Positions 10,402-19,389 of a DNA stretch of 64,000 nucleotides are shown piece after piece (position 1 is the first letter of the stretch; each line of letters opens with the position of its first letter). Source of the DNA: a virus. Lineage: Duplodnaviria; Heunggongvirae; Uroviricota; Caudoviricetes. The stretch lies in IMG/VR virus record IMGVR_UViG_3300029733_000185, one strand, 5' to 3'. The translations under genes and the position numbers were made by a program. Under the pieces are notes generated by a model. It made no database searches, was not told the DNA's origin, and was given only the letters and a program-made list of their open reading frames with translations.

Positions 10402-10818
10402 TTACCCATCTTTGAACAAGCCACTGCTGAAACCGCCAATACTCGGATCTTTGGCATTTGAATAGGTATAGGAGTGATTTGGCACAGCCTGACCGACAAA
10501 CTGAATGATAGCTCCGGATAAGTTGAAAATTACAAATACAGCAATAATTGTTGTTATAAATTTCAAAGCACCGGATACGACCTTTTGATCTCGACTTACC
10601 ATCACTTGAATAAGTGAGAATCCTGTCGCAAGCACACATAGTGAATTAAACCAAGGAGAGATTTGGCCAATAATGTTTTTTACTGCAGCCATACCTGCGG
10701 CTTGTGTTACTGACGGTGCTTTGGCAGCGTATGCCATGCTCGGGAAACAAAGGAAAATTCCAAGGAACATCAGAGAAAAGATTGTTCCTAAGAGAATATT
10801 TTTCGATTTTTGTGTCAC
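10402..10818 (-). CDS. VirB2/TrbC-like T4SS pilin candidate (paralogue)
   Basis: 138 aa, same architecture (signal helix ending SMAYAA, second TM); tandem with previous gene. Confidence 0.5.
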   Translation of the reverse strand: MTQKSKNILLGTIFSLMFLGIFLCFPSMAYAAKAPSVTQAAGMAAVKNIIGQISPWFNSLCVLATGFSLIQVMVSRDQKVVSGALKFITTIIAVFVIFNLSGAIIQFVGQAVPNHSYTYSNAKDPSIGGFSSGLFKDG

Positions 10819-10838
10819 AAATTCATCACCCCTTTCTA

Positions 10839-10884
10839 AGAAAAAAAGCGGGAAGGCACATCTGATAACTGTACCACTCCCGCC
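10839..10884 (-). terminator. intrinsic terminator between SpoVG-like and pilin genes
   Basis: GCGGGAG..CTCCCGC stem plus U7. Confidence 0.55.
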
Positions 10885-10909
10885 GTGTTGTTCGATTTCT
10901 TAATTTTTA

Positions 10910-11302
10910 TTACGCAGCCTGCGGAATCGTAGAGATGCGCTCATCTGTATCTTTTTGACAAGCAATCTTGTACGCTTGCATAATACCCCGATTCAATTCT
11001 TTTGAAGCTTCAGGGCTATTTGGAAAAGCAACGCTTACAAATACGTCTTTACCATTACGCTTGCTCAGTCTCTTTGATGGATATACAATCGTAATTCTAC
11101 CAAATCGCTGAAGAATACAAATGTCATTGATTACAATGTGTCCATAAGTCACCTTCGCAAATGCCTTCAGCTCCTTCCCATTAAACAAACGAATGTCTAC
11201 CTGATACGGAATGCACATATTACCATGTGAGTCTTTCTTGAGAAGGTCGCTTACATTGATCATCATTTCCGGTGAACTGTATTCGTTTTTGTGTTCCGGC
11301 AT
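10910..11302 (-). CDS. SpoVG-family protein
   Basis: start at MPEHK with AAGGAGGA RBS; core VDIRLFNGKELKAFAKVTYGHIVINDICILQ...IVYPSKRLSKRNGKDVFVSVAFP parallels SpoVG consensus. Confidence 0.6.
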   Translation of the reverse strand: MPEHKNEYSSPEMMINVSDLLKKDSHGNMCIPYQVDIRLFNGKELKAFAKVTYGHIVINDICILQRFGRITIVYPSKRLSKRNGKDVFVSVAFPNSPEASKELNRGIMQAYKIACQKDTDERISTIPQAA

Positions 11303-11365
11303 CGAAATCCTCCTTTCATCGTATTGGATTGTTTTAAGTGTCTCGTGTATTTTTGTTCTGTGAAC

Positions 11366-11425
11366 ACAAGACACAAAAAATAAAAAGAAGGAGAACGCAT
11401 TTCGTGCCAGTTATGGCAGCTGCAT
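11366..11425 (-). promoter_or_regulatory. structured leader (terminator-like hairpin + U-tract, then second 10-bp hairpin) upstream of SpoVG-like gene
   Basis: GGAGAAUGCAGCUGCCAUAACUGGCACGAAAUGCGUUCUCC followed by UUCUUUUUAUUUUUU, then GUGUCUUGUG..CACGAGACAC. Confidence 0.5.
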
Positions 11426-11440
11426 TCTCCTTGTTAAAAT

Positions 11441-11452
11441 AATTATAACACT
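11441..11452 (-). promoter_or_regulatory. extended -10 promoter (TGTTATAAT)
   Basis: TRTGnTATAAT motif on minus strand. Confidence 0.5.
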
Positions 11453-11482
11453 TTTGTGAATTTCGGACAAATTTTATTAGTG

Positions 11483-11516
11483 AACAGAAAAAAAGGCGAC
11501 AGATTTCTCTGTCACC
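11483..11516 (-). terminator. intrinsic terminator after vWA gene
   Basis: GGTGACAG..CTGTCGCC stem flanked by T/A runs (bidirectional). Confidence 0.6.
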
Positions 11517-11523
11517 TTTTTTG

Positions 11524-13734
11524 TTATAAAAGTTTTTTGATTTTCGCCAGCAAAATTCTCGCTATTTCTGTCGGCAGTTTTTGTAGATCTCGGCCATCTA
11601 CAAGTTCTTTGCCATAAATGGCTTGCAGATTATAAAAATCGTCGCCAATAGCGATAGGAATAATTGCAATATGTGATTTTTTACATATTTTATTCAAATA
11701 TTCCATATCGTGGACCATTTGTGTATGACCGTAACCGGTGCCATTCGGACGCCCATCTGACAATACGAATAAAAACTTTTGTGTTTCTGGCCGCTTAACT
11801 AGCTTAGAAATGCCAAAACGAAGTCCATAGCCATCATGATTACAAGCATTATGTGCTTTCATAGACACAAGTTTTGAAGCATTGATGTTGTTCTTGATGT
11901 CATCCATCTTCAGATACTCGTTAATCATAACACTTCCGTACTCACAGTGACCGTAAACTCCAAATGGAATTTTAAGCTCTCTGCAAAACGCTTCCAGACA
12001 CATTGCTGCTAGTCTTGCTGCTTTCTCACGATCTCCGTCCATACTGCCAGATTCATCAACCATGATTTCGACAGCACACAGCGGACGTTTTGTCGGTGCA
12101 GTGATATCCATAAATACTCTCTCTGAACCGGACGCATACGCATTGACATCCAACATAATGCCCTCATCTTGTTCATAGTAGATATTCCCTTTTCGACGTT
12201 CCTTGAGAACTTTAAGGACTTTTTTGGCCAACGTTTTCGCAATTGCCTTCTCTTTTGATGTGAAAATTGCATTATAAGCATTTACATCAGTCTCAAAATC
12301 TCTGCGAATACTGTGTGACAGATTTGCTACTCTGCCATCTTTGATAAATCTACCGAATTCCTGGTTTTCATATTGTCGATTTAGATCTTTCAGGTTTTGT
12401 TCGGCAAAGATCTTATTCAAAACTGATTCAGAAGATTTGTTTGCTTCGTTTTCGGCTTTTGCAAAAATATCCTGCAGTGCTTTGCTGAAAGCAGGATCAA
12501 TAGGCGCTTGTTTGCTTTTATCTGTTTCTTCATTCTGTTGGCTCTGGCCGTCTGCCTTCTGATTTTTATTTTCAGAACTTTTTTGTTGCTTGTTTTGGGA
12601 ACCAACGGCATTTTTGCCATTAGTATCATTTTCACCAGATTCATCATTTGGAGAGCCAGCAGAAGCGTTTTCAGCGCCGTTTTCTTTGTTTTGCGAGTCC
12701 GTGCTAGACTGTTCAACTTTACTGCCTTCCGAGTCATTCTGAGAGCCTTCAGAGCCACTCTGATTGTCCTTGCTTGAATTGTCAGAAGAAGATTGGCTTG
12801 ACTGAGCACTCTGTCTCTGATTGGCTTGACCAACCATTGTAGAACGCGATTGTCCTTGTCCATCCTCTTGCTCATTCATCTCACTCTGGTCATCAGAGAT
12901 TGCATTGTCATCTGCAAATTGAGACAGCATATTGAGTGCCTGTTGGATTCTATCAGCTTGTTCAAAGTACTCACTAAAATACTTCCACAAGATCTGCATA
13001 ATTTTTCCAACAACGTGAAGACGATCCTCATAATTTGGCATCGACTCCACAGCAAACAAAGGCTGCGTATCCTTTAATTCCGGATACAACTTCAGACTTT
13101 CATCCGCAAAGCAACCTCTTGCCTGGCAAAGAAGCAAATTAAGCAATGCATTAATATCTTTGCTTTGAGGCGTTTCTGCTGAAATATGTTGCCGTAGACG
13201 TTCTGTCAAAGCATCAACATAGCAAGCAAATCCAGGGTACTTTTGTACAGCAAGGTACTCAATTACCGGGTCCTCAACAATGTTCGCAATTTTAAAAAAT
13301 AGCTTATCAAATAACTCTTTCGAAATTCCGTAAGCCTTCTCTACTTCATCGGTTTGCTGAAAGCCGTCAAAATATTCACCATATGGGAATACTTTTTTCT
13401 CCTGCAACTCTGCAGCTCTGGCAAAATTCGTATGCAGTCCATGACCAAAAACCTCGTGAGTCAGCTTACCAAGCGCAAGTTTTTTTCGCTCCACAAAGTT
13501 CAGACCTTTATCCAGCACAGAGTCCAAATTGATGTAGCACTCTTTGTCGGAAATCCAGGCAATCTTTCCGTCAGGGGCAAAATCTGTACGAATCGGTACA
13601 GACTTGAAACTATAATAGTTTAAACTGGAATTGGCCAGCCCTTGTAGGACTGACCGAAAACCAGATGCCTCAACTATTTCCTTGAGAGAAGTGTTTTCTT
13701 TCACAAACTCTCGAAGTTGTTTTTTATCCATCAT
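11524..13734 (-). CDS. vWA-domain protein with N-terminal HExxH zincin-like motif and Q/S/N-rich linker
   Basis: 736 aa; HEVFGHGLH near N-terminus; about 200-aa low-complexity acidic/polar region; C-terminal MIDAS DESGSMDGD; 6 nt downstream of the AAA ATPase gene. Confidence 0.7.
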   Translation of the reverse strand: MMDKKQLREFVKENTSLKEIVEASGFRSVLQGLANSSLNYYSFKSVPIRTDFAPDGKIAWISDKECYINLDSVLDKGLNFVERKKLALGKLTHEVFGHGLHTNFARAAELQEKKVFPYGEYFDGFQQTDEVEKAYGISKELFDKLFFKIANIVEDPVIEYLAVQKYPGFACYVDALTERLRQHISAETPQSKDINALLNLLLCQARGCFADESLKLYPELKDTQPLFAVESMPNYEDRLHVVGKIMQILWKYFSEYFEQADRIQQALNMLSQFADDNAISDDQSEMNEQEDGQGQSRSTMVGQANQRQSAQSSQSSSDNSSKDNQSGSEGSQNDSEGSKVEQSSTDSQNKENGAENASAGSPNDESGENDTNGKNAVGSQNKQQKSSENKNQKADGQSQQNEETDKSKQAPIDPAFSKALQDIFAKAENEANKSSESVLNKIFAEQNLKDLNRQYENQEFGRFIKDGRVANLSHSIRRDFETDVNAYNAIFTSKEKAIAKTLAKKVLKVLKERRKGNIYYEQDEGIMLDVNAYASGSERVFMDITAPTKRPLCAVEIMVDESGSMDGDREKAARLAAMCLEAFCRELKIPFGVYGHCEYGSVMINEYLKMDDIKNNINASKLVSMKAHNACNHDGYGLRFGISKLVKRPETQKFLFVLSDGRPNGTGYGHTQMVHDMEYLNKICKKSHIAIIPIAIGDDFYNLQAIYGKELVDGRDLQKLPTEIARILLAKIKKLL

Positions 13735-13740
13735 TTCTCC

Positions 13741-15282
13741 TTAATTGAGACCCAAAATAGAGTCAAGTTTATCGCTGATAATTTCAGCATAACCATCCTC
13801 CAAAGAGGTCTTGTTTTCAATTGTCAGGGCAGCAGACTGTCGTAAAGTCCCACCATTAAACTGGTAATCATTGATACAATCAATTGCCCCACGAATATCA
13901 GCAATGCCCTGCGTAATGCTTTGATCGCGGATGATTTCCTGCAACTCGCCAATGGCGTGAATGACCTTGGCCACATCTTCCCTATCGCCCTGATATCCAG
14001 TAACAGACATCACACGGTCAATCTGTTCAGAAACTGTCGGTGCATCGATCTTCTTGACATAAGCGACACGGGACAGCAGGGACAGGTTAAAGGGATTGCA
14101 TCCTTCGTAATCCACATTCGTTGTAAAAATGAATGTGGTGTTCGGATGAATGGGCACCTGCGCACCATTCGGCAAGATCAAAGTGCGATTGGAGTCCAAT
14201 ACACAATTTAAAAAGCCAAGCGTACCGGCGTTGATAATCAGTGAGGGCTCCTGGATTTCAATTATCCAGCCGTAACGACAAGCCAATACCAGTTCCGTTA
14301 AGGAATACTGAATCTCATCGTTATCGATGCCAGTCACATCAACATCCTTTTTCCAAAGGCTTTTAACTGCGCGCTGAAAGAACTTAACAAGTGCTCCGTT
14401 AGAAGCAATTTTGTTAGGCTTACCACGCAGATCACTTTCGTTTGTCATTGCAGAACAACAAATGAAAGTATACGGGATTCCGGTCATCTTGCTGAAATAT
14501 TTACCCATTTCAGACTTACCAGTTCCGGCAGGTCCATAAAAGAAGAAAGCAGGTGCCTTCCCCATCTTTTGGATGCCATTATACAGACGAGACACAAACA
14601 GTTTATCGTTGTTTGTAGGAACATAACCTTCGACAAGCTGATTGGAAGCAATACGCTCCTTCTCAAACTTGTTGTAGGAATTTTCCTGTCTGATAGTCCA
14701 ATCTCGTTCGTTAAATGTGGGTACTGAATTGACAGTTTGCTTCGCATCCATCGGAAACACCTTTGCGGAGATGCCAAGACCGCTCACAGCATGCGGATAC
14801 GGAACTCCATTGGCACACAAAGTCACAAGAGGCGTTAAGTTGTTCAAAAACGCCGGCAAAATCGGGCCGCTTAATGAGAACGGACGCCAAGGAACTATCC
14901 TGGAATTGCCATCTTCAAGATTAACAATCCTTTGCTCAATTTTTTCCTTGTCGCGTGCAGATGAAGCTTCCGTCATACAAGACGCAATGACAATAAACAT
15001 TGCATCAACTGCTGACTCGCCACTAACAGTCCGTCTATCAAAATAGACTTCCCCATGATACCAACATCCGGCAACCACCCGAGACTTATAGGTGTACTGA
15101 AGTTCGACGGCCACAGCGCCTTGGTCAGATTCAGCAATAATAACACTAAGTTTTTTATCGCTGATCAAATTGAAAAAGTAATTAATCAATTTGGCAATAT
15201 TGTTTGCCCCATCGATGTTATTAGGAACCTCATTTGCTGCAGTCAATGCCGTTCGATTCCATTTCGTTCTGTTGCTTGCCAT
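13741..15282 (-). CDS. AAA_5 (MoxR/CbbQ/McrB-like) ATPase with unknown N-terminal domain
   Basis: start MASNRTKW with AAGGAGG RBS; Walker A GPAGTGKSE; C-terminal AAA lid-like region. Confidence 0.7.
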   Translation of the reverse strand: MASNRTKWNRTALTAANEVPNNIDGANNIAKLINYFFNLISDKKLSVIIAESDQGAVAVELQYTYKSRVVAGCWYHGEVYFDRRTVSGESAVDAMFIVIASCMTEASSARDKEKIEQRIVNLEDGNSRIVPWRPFSLSGPILPAFLNNLTPLVTLCANGVPYPHAVSGLGISAKVFPMDAKQTVNSVPTFNERDWTIRQENSYNKFEKERIASNQLVEGYVPTNNDKLFVSRLYNGIQKMGKAPAFFFYGPAGTGKSEMGKYFSKMTGIPYTFICCSAMTNESDLRGKPNKIASNGALVKFFQRAVKSLWKKDVDVTGIDNDEIQYSLTELVLACRYGWIIEIQEPSLIINAGTLGFLNCVLDSNRTLILPNGAQVPIHPNTTFIFTTNVDYEGCNPFNLSLLSRVAYVKKIDAPTVSEQIDRVMSVTGYQGDREDVAKVIHAIGELQEIIRDQSITQGIADIRGAIDCINDYQFNGGTLRQSAALTIENKTSLEDGYAEIISDKLDSILGLN

Positions 15283-15305
15283 AATAAATTTCCTCCTTAA
15301 TAAAA

Positions 15306-15345
15306 AAAGAGCCATCAGCAAAGAACTGACGACTCTTTTTATTTT
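15306..15345 (-). promoter_or_regulatory. terminator-like hairpin + U7 immediately upstream of AAA-ATPase RBS
   Basis: imperfect stem AGAGUCGUCAG..CUGAUGGCUCU then UUUUUUU then AAGGAGG. Confidence 0.5.
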
Positions 15346-15407
15346 TTAATGTTTATTTTTTTATAACTATAACTTCTGTGCAAATGCGCAGAATATAATT
15401 AACACCA

Positions 15408-15421
15408 TAATTATAACACAA
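15408..15421 (-). promoter_or_regulatory. extended -10 promoter (TGTGTTATAATT)
   Basis: motif on minus strand between SSB terminator and ATPase leader hairpin. Confidence 0.5.
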
Positions 15422-15430
15422 AACGAAATC

Positions 15431-15462
15431 AAAACAAAAAAAGAGACGCATAAGCGTCTCTT
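15431..15462 (-). terminator. intrinsic terminator after ssb
   Basis: AGAGACGC..GCGTCTCT perfect stem with flanking T/A runs. Confidence 0.7.
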
Positions 15463-15473
15463 TTTGTTACAGT

Positions 15474-15884
15474 TTAGAAGGGCAGATCGTCGTCCTCGTC
15501 CACCTCTTCACCAACATCTTCGGATGCAGGCTCAGGCTTAGCAGCGGGCTTGGAAGTACCACCGCCGTTCTGACCACCAAACGCAGTCAAACCGTTGACC
15601 AGCACACGGAAGTTCCGGCGCTGATGGCCCTCTTTGTCCGTAAATTCACTGAAATCAGGAGTACCGGTTACAGTGACTGACATGCCCTTTTTCAACCAAC
15701 CCAGAGCACCGCTCTGCATACAGTCGAAGAAGTTTGCCTTTTCCTTGTTATAGGTCTGACAGGCGACCGTATAAGTCACAAACTCCTTGCCGGACTTACT
15801 GGTGCGAACTTCTGCGTCTGCCACCAGTCTGCCTGTGATCATAATACTTGCAAGATCTCTGCCTCGATTTTCTTTATTTGCCAT
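15474..15884 (-). CDS. ssb: single-stranded DNA-binding protein
   Basis: OB-fold-like core, Gly-rich linker, acidic tail ending DDDLPF; start MANKENRG with AAAGGAGA RBS. Confidence 0.85.
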   Translation of the reverse strand: MANKENRGRDLASIMITGRLVADAEVRTSKSGKEFVTYTVACQTYNKEKANFFDCMQSGALGWLKKGMSVTVTGTPDFSEFTDKEGHQRRNFRVLVNGLTAFGGQNGGGTSKPAAKPEPASEDVGEEVDEDDDLPF

Positions 15885-15914
15885 AATTATTCTCCTTTCT
15901 GGCAATTCAATATA

Positions 15915-16364
15915 TTAAGAAACACCTAAATAATAATCCCTGTCATATTTCGGTGCAAACTCAAATTTTTTAAACTTTTCATTCAGTTTTTCAAATGAGT
16001 TAAATCGCACTTTGTTGTTTGGGAAATTCAAGGTGTATTCTTCTGTCAGGGGTAGATACAAGAACATGTATTTGTTTTTAATACCTTCGTTGTCCTTGTA
16101 TTTGATGCGTTGAACAATCTGATATGGATCTTCATGCTCAACGACTTTTGCCTTCAGCTGCTTGTCACGATATGTCAGCACGATCTTTGCCAACACAACA
16201 TCGTACTGTGATGGTGCATCTTTCAGCATAATGTCATCCTTATAGGACAAGACAACATACCGATCAAAGCCATCAGATAAACACTGACTAACATAAGAAT
16301 CAAGCAGAGGCCAATATTGCTCTCTCAATTCTTCGATTGGTTTGGTGAATTTTCTTAATGCCAT
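15915..16364 (-). CDS. hypothetical protein
   Basis: start MALRKF with AGGAGATAAA RBS; no motif recognised. Confidence 0.5.
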   Translation of the reverse strand: MALRKFTKPIEELREQYWPLLDSYVSQCLSDGFDRYVVLSYKDDIMLKDAPSQYDVVLAKIVLTYRDKQLKAKVVEHEDPYQIVQRIKYKDNEGIKNKYMFLYLPLTEEYTLNFPNNKVRFNSFEKLNEKFKKFEFAPKYDRDYYLGVS

Positions 16365-16485
16365 TTTATCTCCTACAATAATATGAAAAGACGGACACCA
16401 CAAGGATGACCGTCTTAAAAGCAATTTATTTTTTGTTATAACTTATAACGTCATAATTATAACACATTTTTGTAAACGAGACAAA

Positions 16486-16911
16486 TTATGCAACATTTAA
16501 GTGTTTATTGGGCAGGCTTTCCAGCCAATCAACAAAGTCCCTATCGTACACATACCGAATGTTGTCAAGCATAAAAGCACCGGGTATAACATCCATAATT
16601 TTCTCGGCCTTAGGTCTCCCTACGCTGAAAATGTCCATAATATCCTCAACCGTGTACATTGCAGGGCGTATTTTAATGACTTTTGTGTCAACGCCCTCCC
16701 CCAAGTGCGAATAGTACATTGCTTCACTTACCAGATAGCCATTTGTAAAGTAATCACTCGCCAGAATATAGCGACGGGAATTGATGTAAAAATAATCATA
16801 TTTTTTCATTTTACAATAGGCTTGAGAATATGTGCAGCCTTCGATTCTTTGAATATCAACAGCACTGATTACATACATTTGGAATTTGCCATCATTTCTT
16901 TTAATACGCAT
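16486..16911 (-). CDS. hypothetical protein, possible HTH/excisionase-like DNA-binding protein
   Basis: 141 aa; segment YTVEDIMDIFSVGRPKAEKIMDVIP resembles a short HTH. Confidence 0.45.
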   Translation of the reverse strand: MRIKRNDGKFQMYVISAVDIQRIEGCTYSQAYCKMKKYDYFYINSRRYILASDYFTNGYLVSEAMYYSHLGEGVDTKVIKIRPAMYTVEDIMDIFSVGRPKAEKIMDVIPGAFMLDNIRYVYDRDFVDWLESLPNKHLNVA

Positions 16912-16980
16912 AACTTATCTCTCCTTGATTTTTTTTTGCAAAACAAAGGAAGCCTCAAATGAGACTTCTTTATTTAATTT

Positions 16981-17253
16981 TTAAGCGTCCTTTAGAAAAC
17001 GATTGGCGGTATCACCAACCATAACTACGCAATTGATTTTACCAAACAAATCGCGAGAATTGCGAATGGACGAAATGTCCCCGTTATAGGCAAATCGTGC
17101 GCAGTCTAAAAGAATTTGATCGGTAATTCTGGCTTTATCAATAACAACAGGCAGATGTGTCTGTGTATGAAAATAGATAAATTTGCCATCGTCTTTATAA
17201 GACCTATTAATTCCGATCAGATAACTATCCAGCTTTAAGCTGTTTGTGATCAT
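16981..17253 (-). CDS. hypothetical protein
   Basis: start MITNSLKL with AAGGGGGAA RBS; overlaps primase 3' end by 29 nt. Confidence 0.4.
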   Translation of the reverse strand: MITNSLKLDSYLIGINRSYKDDGKFIYFHTQTHLPVVIDKARITDQILLDCARFAYNGDISSIRNSRDLFGKINCVVMVGDTANRFLKDA

Positions 17254-18274
17254 TTGTTTCCCCCTTTTGTTCAACGACATACTTGAGCTCGTCGTTGATG
17301 TCTTTCCCGTGTTCGGCACGTACATCAACAATTTTTCCATCCCAATGCATATCACTCAACATCTTCTTTGTGTGCGTTCTTGCATTTTCTCCGGCCTTGT
17401 CATTATCCAAGGCAAGATAAATGGTTTCGATAGACGGGTCCTTTTCCAGCCAATACTTGATGCACTTGTATTTTGAGCACCCGGTAAGTGCCAGGTAGTT
17501 GAATTTGGCGAAATCATCACCATTTAGATCAAACAAGGACATATACGCCATTGCGTCAATCACAGCTTCCGTAACAACCATTTTATTTGAATGATTGTTA
17601 ATGTAGAAGGCATGATCTACATCGCTGCCGGTCACACCGTAAGTAATACGCTCGTTCCAGTTGGTATCTCGAACACAACCAAATACAGGAACACCGTCTT
17701 CATTGTAAGACACATATATGCACTTACCGGTAAGGTCCTGATACATATAATTGTTATCAATAAAGTAGTCGTAAACATGCGGTGTAATCTTTCGAAACCC
17801 TACCAGATATGCAAACAGCCGTTTATAACCGGTGTGCGGATCATCGCAAGGATGACGCAGAGGCAGTTTAAACTCTCTGCTAACATTACGCAATGAACTT
17901 TGTCTTTTGGATTTTGCAGCAGCGGCAAATTCATTCCGATCTGGAATGCCTGCCAAAAAGCGATTTCCGTAATCGATTAAGATCTTTACCGCCTGACTGA
18001 AATCCACGTCTTCCGTATTCATGATAAAATCGATGATGCTTCCGTGCGGATTTCTACCCTTACCTGAGTTACGCCAAAAGCAATTGGCTTGCAGGTCAAT
18101 TACAAGGGACGACATGTCATTCGAGTCCGGAGCTGCAAACTCAATCTTGGGTGTTACATAAGAACGCCCAACTTGCTTCCACTCCGTAATCCCGACCATA
18201 TCCTCGGCGTATGTCTGGATAGACACATTCTGCTTGAGATATTCGATGTCTTCTTTGTTATCCTTGAACTGCAT
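17225..18274 (-). CDS. conjugative-element primase (Toprim domain, DnaG-like)
   Basis: 349 aa; C-terminal Toprim signature ALDNDKAGE; N-terminal domain as in DUF3991-Toprim primases of Gram-positive conjugative elements. Confidence 0.7.
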   Translation of the reverse strand: MQFKDNKEDIEYLKQNVSIQTYAEDMVGITEWKQVGRSYVTPKIEFAAPDSNDMSSLVIDLQANCFWRNSGKGRNPHGSIIDFIMNTEDVDFSQAVKILIDYGNRFLAGIPDRNEFAAAAKSKRQSSLRNVSREFKLPLRHPCDDPHTGYKRLFAYLVGFRKITPHVYDYFIDNNYMYQDLTGKCIYVSYNEDGVPVFGCVRDTNWNERITYGVTGSDVDHAFYINNHSNKMVVTEAVIDAMAYMSLFDLNGDDFAKFNYLALTGCSKYKCIKYWLEKDPSIETIYLALDNDKAGENARTHTKKMLSDMHWDGKIVDVRAEHGKDINDELKYVVEQKGETNDHKQLKAG

Positions 18275-18312
18275 AAGCTCATTTCCTCCTTTCTTAATTT
18301 TCGAACGCTTTC

Positions 18313-19248
18313 TTAAATGGAGCGCATTCTCTTGATTGTGTCAAGAATAGTCGCTCGATCATCAGGTGTCGGGTCATCAAGATAACGACACAGCGTTGCA
18401 ATCAGCTCATTCAGGGTCAAATCATCGCTGACCAAGTTGTTCTTGTAGTCTCTGCCTTTCATTTTCTTAACGAAAGTGATGAAGCCAGGGTTGTCGATAA
18501 CATCGATAACATTTTGCCCTCTAAACGAGCCATAAGGAAAGTTTGCCATCAGACACTTCTCAAGGTGTTTTTCGTCATCAGACAAAATAACATTCGTTGT
18601 GTCGGGCTCGCTTTCATCATCCTCTACCACAGGCGGAAACAGATGTTCCGGCTGTGCCTCATCGATTACAGGTACTTCTTGAACTTCCTCTTCTTTGGAT
18701 TTTTTTGTTTTCTTCTTTCTCGAAGTTTTTGGTTTTGCATCATCAGTTACATCAGAATCAGCTTTTACCGCACTCCGACGGTCAATGAGAGGCCCGTCAA
18801 CGGGCTTTTCTCCCTCATCAAACATCTGCTCCTCCCGAATGGAAAACCCTGCAGAACCCAAGCAGCGGGCCTTTGCAATGGTCTCACATCTTTCCAAAGC
18901 AGACGGGTCAGAGTCCTGGCAAGCACTTGCCTGCCCTGTCGCTACGGGAAACGTCATCTGATTTTCTGTTCCGGGGAACAATACCTCCGTCAAAGTGGCC
19001 TTCTGAATAATCATGTTGTTACTGAACTTTTGCAGTTCCGTTGTCAATGACATGACTTTCTTTGTTTCCTCTACATAGAGATTAAACCACAGCTGACGCG
19101 CCCAGGCCGGAAGATACTTTACCTTTTTGGTAATTTCCCGGCCAAACTCGTCTGTCACGATTTGGGTGCCTGTCTCGAGATAGTCAACCGGGTTGAAATC
19201 AGAGACTTTTCTTGTCAGCACCAATTGTTCCGTCTTCTTTTTTGCCAT
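18313..19248 (-). CDS. hypothetical protein (acidic central region)
   Basis: 311 aa, Lys/Glu-rich central linker; no motif recognised. Confidence 0.55.
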   Translation of the reverse strand: MAKKKTEQLVLTRKVSDFNPVDYLETGTQIVTDEFGREITKKVKYLPAWARQLWFNLYVEETKKVMSLTTELQKFSNNMIIQKATLTEVLFPGTENQMTFPVATGQASACQDSDPSALERCETIAKARCLGSAGFSIREEQMFDEGEKPVDGPLIDRRSAVKADSDVTDDAKPKTSRKKKTKKSKEEEVQEVPVIDEAQPEHLFPPVVEDDESEPDTTNVILSDDEKHLEKCLMANFPYGSFRGQNVIDVIDNPGFITFVKKMKGRDYKNNLVSDDLTLNELIATLCRYLDDPTPDDRATILDTIKRMRSI

Positions 19249-19389
19249 ATTTGTTTCTCCTTACTAAAAAAATAAATCATATACAAAATAAAAAAACCGG
19301 CCCTTCAAATGCAAAAAAATAACATAAGAAGAGTCGGTGACTCAATTTCATATATAACTTTATATTTAAGTTATACCACAGCAAAACAG

